Source: Clostridia bacterium (GTDB lineage Bacteria; Bacillota; Clostridia; Christensenellales; Aristaeellaceae). Taken from it: a stretch of 31,470 nucleotides of DNA. Each line of letters starts with the position of its first letter. Position 1 is the first letter of the stretch. Under the pieces are notes generated by a model. That model was not told where the DNA came from and did not search any database. It was given only the letters and a program-made list of their open reading frames with translations. The stretch spans positions 1 to 31,470 of the forward strand of contig JAFXJP010000011.1 in the NCBI GenBank assembly GCA_017532155.1, read 5' to 3'. The position numbers and the translations under genes were made by a program. Positions 31,025 to 31,470 of the stretch are shown here, in pieces.

Positions 31025-31119
31025 ACGCTTTGTGTGAAACGGACGGTCCTCTGTGAGCATCCGCTTCGGTGCCGAAGCCGCTGCACATGAACGTCTATGA
31101 GGGAAGGAGGAAACTGACA
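31025..31119 (+). promoter_or_regulatory. Structured ~90-nt 5' leader of rplS (candidate L19 autoregulatory leader)
   Basis: Lies between the promoter and the AAGGAGG RBS. Contains a strong hairpin GCTTCG-GTGC-CGAAGC (31063-31078) with flanking partial pairing. Firmicutes are known to carry a ribosomal-protein L19 leader upstream of rplS. Homology to that family was not verified. Confidence 0.4.
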
Positions 31120-31470
31120 ATGAGCGAAATCATCAAGTCCATCGAACAGGCCCAACTCCGTACCGATCGTCCTGATTTTAACGTTGGCGACACGCTGCGC
31201 GTGTTCGTAAAGGTTGTCGAAGGCAACCGTGAGCGTCTTCAGGCGTTCGAAGGCACCGTTATCGCCCGCCGCAACGGCTCCTGCCGCGAGACCTTCACCG
31301 TCCGCCGCGTGAGCTACGGCATTGGCGTAGAGCGTACGTTCCCGCTGCACTCTCCCCGCGTTGACCATATCGAGGTCATCCGCCGTGGTAAGGTGCGTCG
31401 TGCGAAGCTGTACTACCTGCGCAATCTGCAGGGCAAGGCGGCTAAGATCAAGGATGTATCCCGCGATTAA
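31120..31470 (+). CDS. rplS: 50S ribosomal protein L19
   Basis: 116-aa product [74 protein letters not shown] precedes ATG 31120. The stop is at the window end. Confidence 0.95.
   Translation: MSEIIKSIEQAQLRTDRPDFNVGDTLRVFVKVVEGNRERLQAFEGTVIARRNGSCRETFTVRRVSYGIGVERTFPLHSPRVDHIEVIRRGKVRRAKLYYLRNLQGKAAKIKDVSRD

Overview
31.5-kb chromosomal segment of a fairly GC-rich Firmicute. Shine-Dalgarno usage, extended -10 promoters (TGnTAnAAT), comEC-holA and rsmG-noc synteny and a YycJ-type hydrolase point to Clostridia, probably an Oscillospiraceae-like gut anaerobe; the taxon is inference only. All protein calls come from reading the supplied translations for family motifs, because no search could be run. 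I call 32 protein genes, one tRNA-Val(CAC), 13 sigma-A-type promoters, 9 intrinsic terminators, a possible rplS leader and an interspersed multi-hairpin repeat family. Gene order: [hairpin repeat copy A] <barstar-GDPD fusion <barnase-type RNase | VTC-domain protein, DUF4956 membrane protein, tRNA-Val, tRNA fragment, ECF sigma, zf-HC2 anti-sigma, VanZ, degenerate OPRT-like protein, secreted orphan | <ThrE-type exporter pair | esterase, esterase, ATP-grasp, membrane orphan, AEC transporter | <noc <rsmG <holA <comEC <MBL <CPBP <YycJ-like MBL | [650-bp hairpin array with repeat copy B] <GNAT-like | GT2-GtrA, lepA, prfA, serC, serA, topB, rplS. Most of the window is housekeeping. I saw no integrase, transposase, CRISPR array or recognisable dedicated defence gene. 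The most unusual items are: (1) a membrane-anchored barnase-type RNase translationally coupled to a barstar that reads in frame into a full glycerophosphodiester phosphodiesterase; (2) a modular GC-rich stem-loop repeat family with two ~250-bp copies, where stems are conserved, loops differ and one inner stem is changed on both arms; (3) a VTC-domain plus DUF4956 pair that looks like a split bacterial counterpart of the eukaryotic polyphosphate polymerase/channel; (4) an OPRT-like protein lacking the acidic PRPP-loop pair; (5) an esterase-esterase-ATP-grasp operon of unknown function; (6) an overlapping MBL-CPBP-MBL trio in front of comEC; (7) a relic of the tRNA-Val 3' half about 80 bp past the tRNA. 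Many very long antisense ORFs in the track are rejected as codon-bias artefacts.
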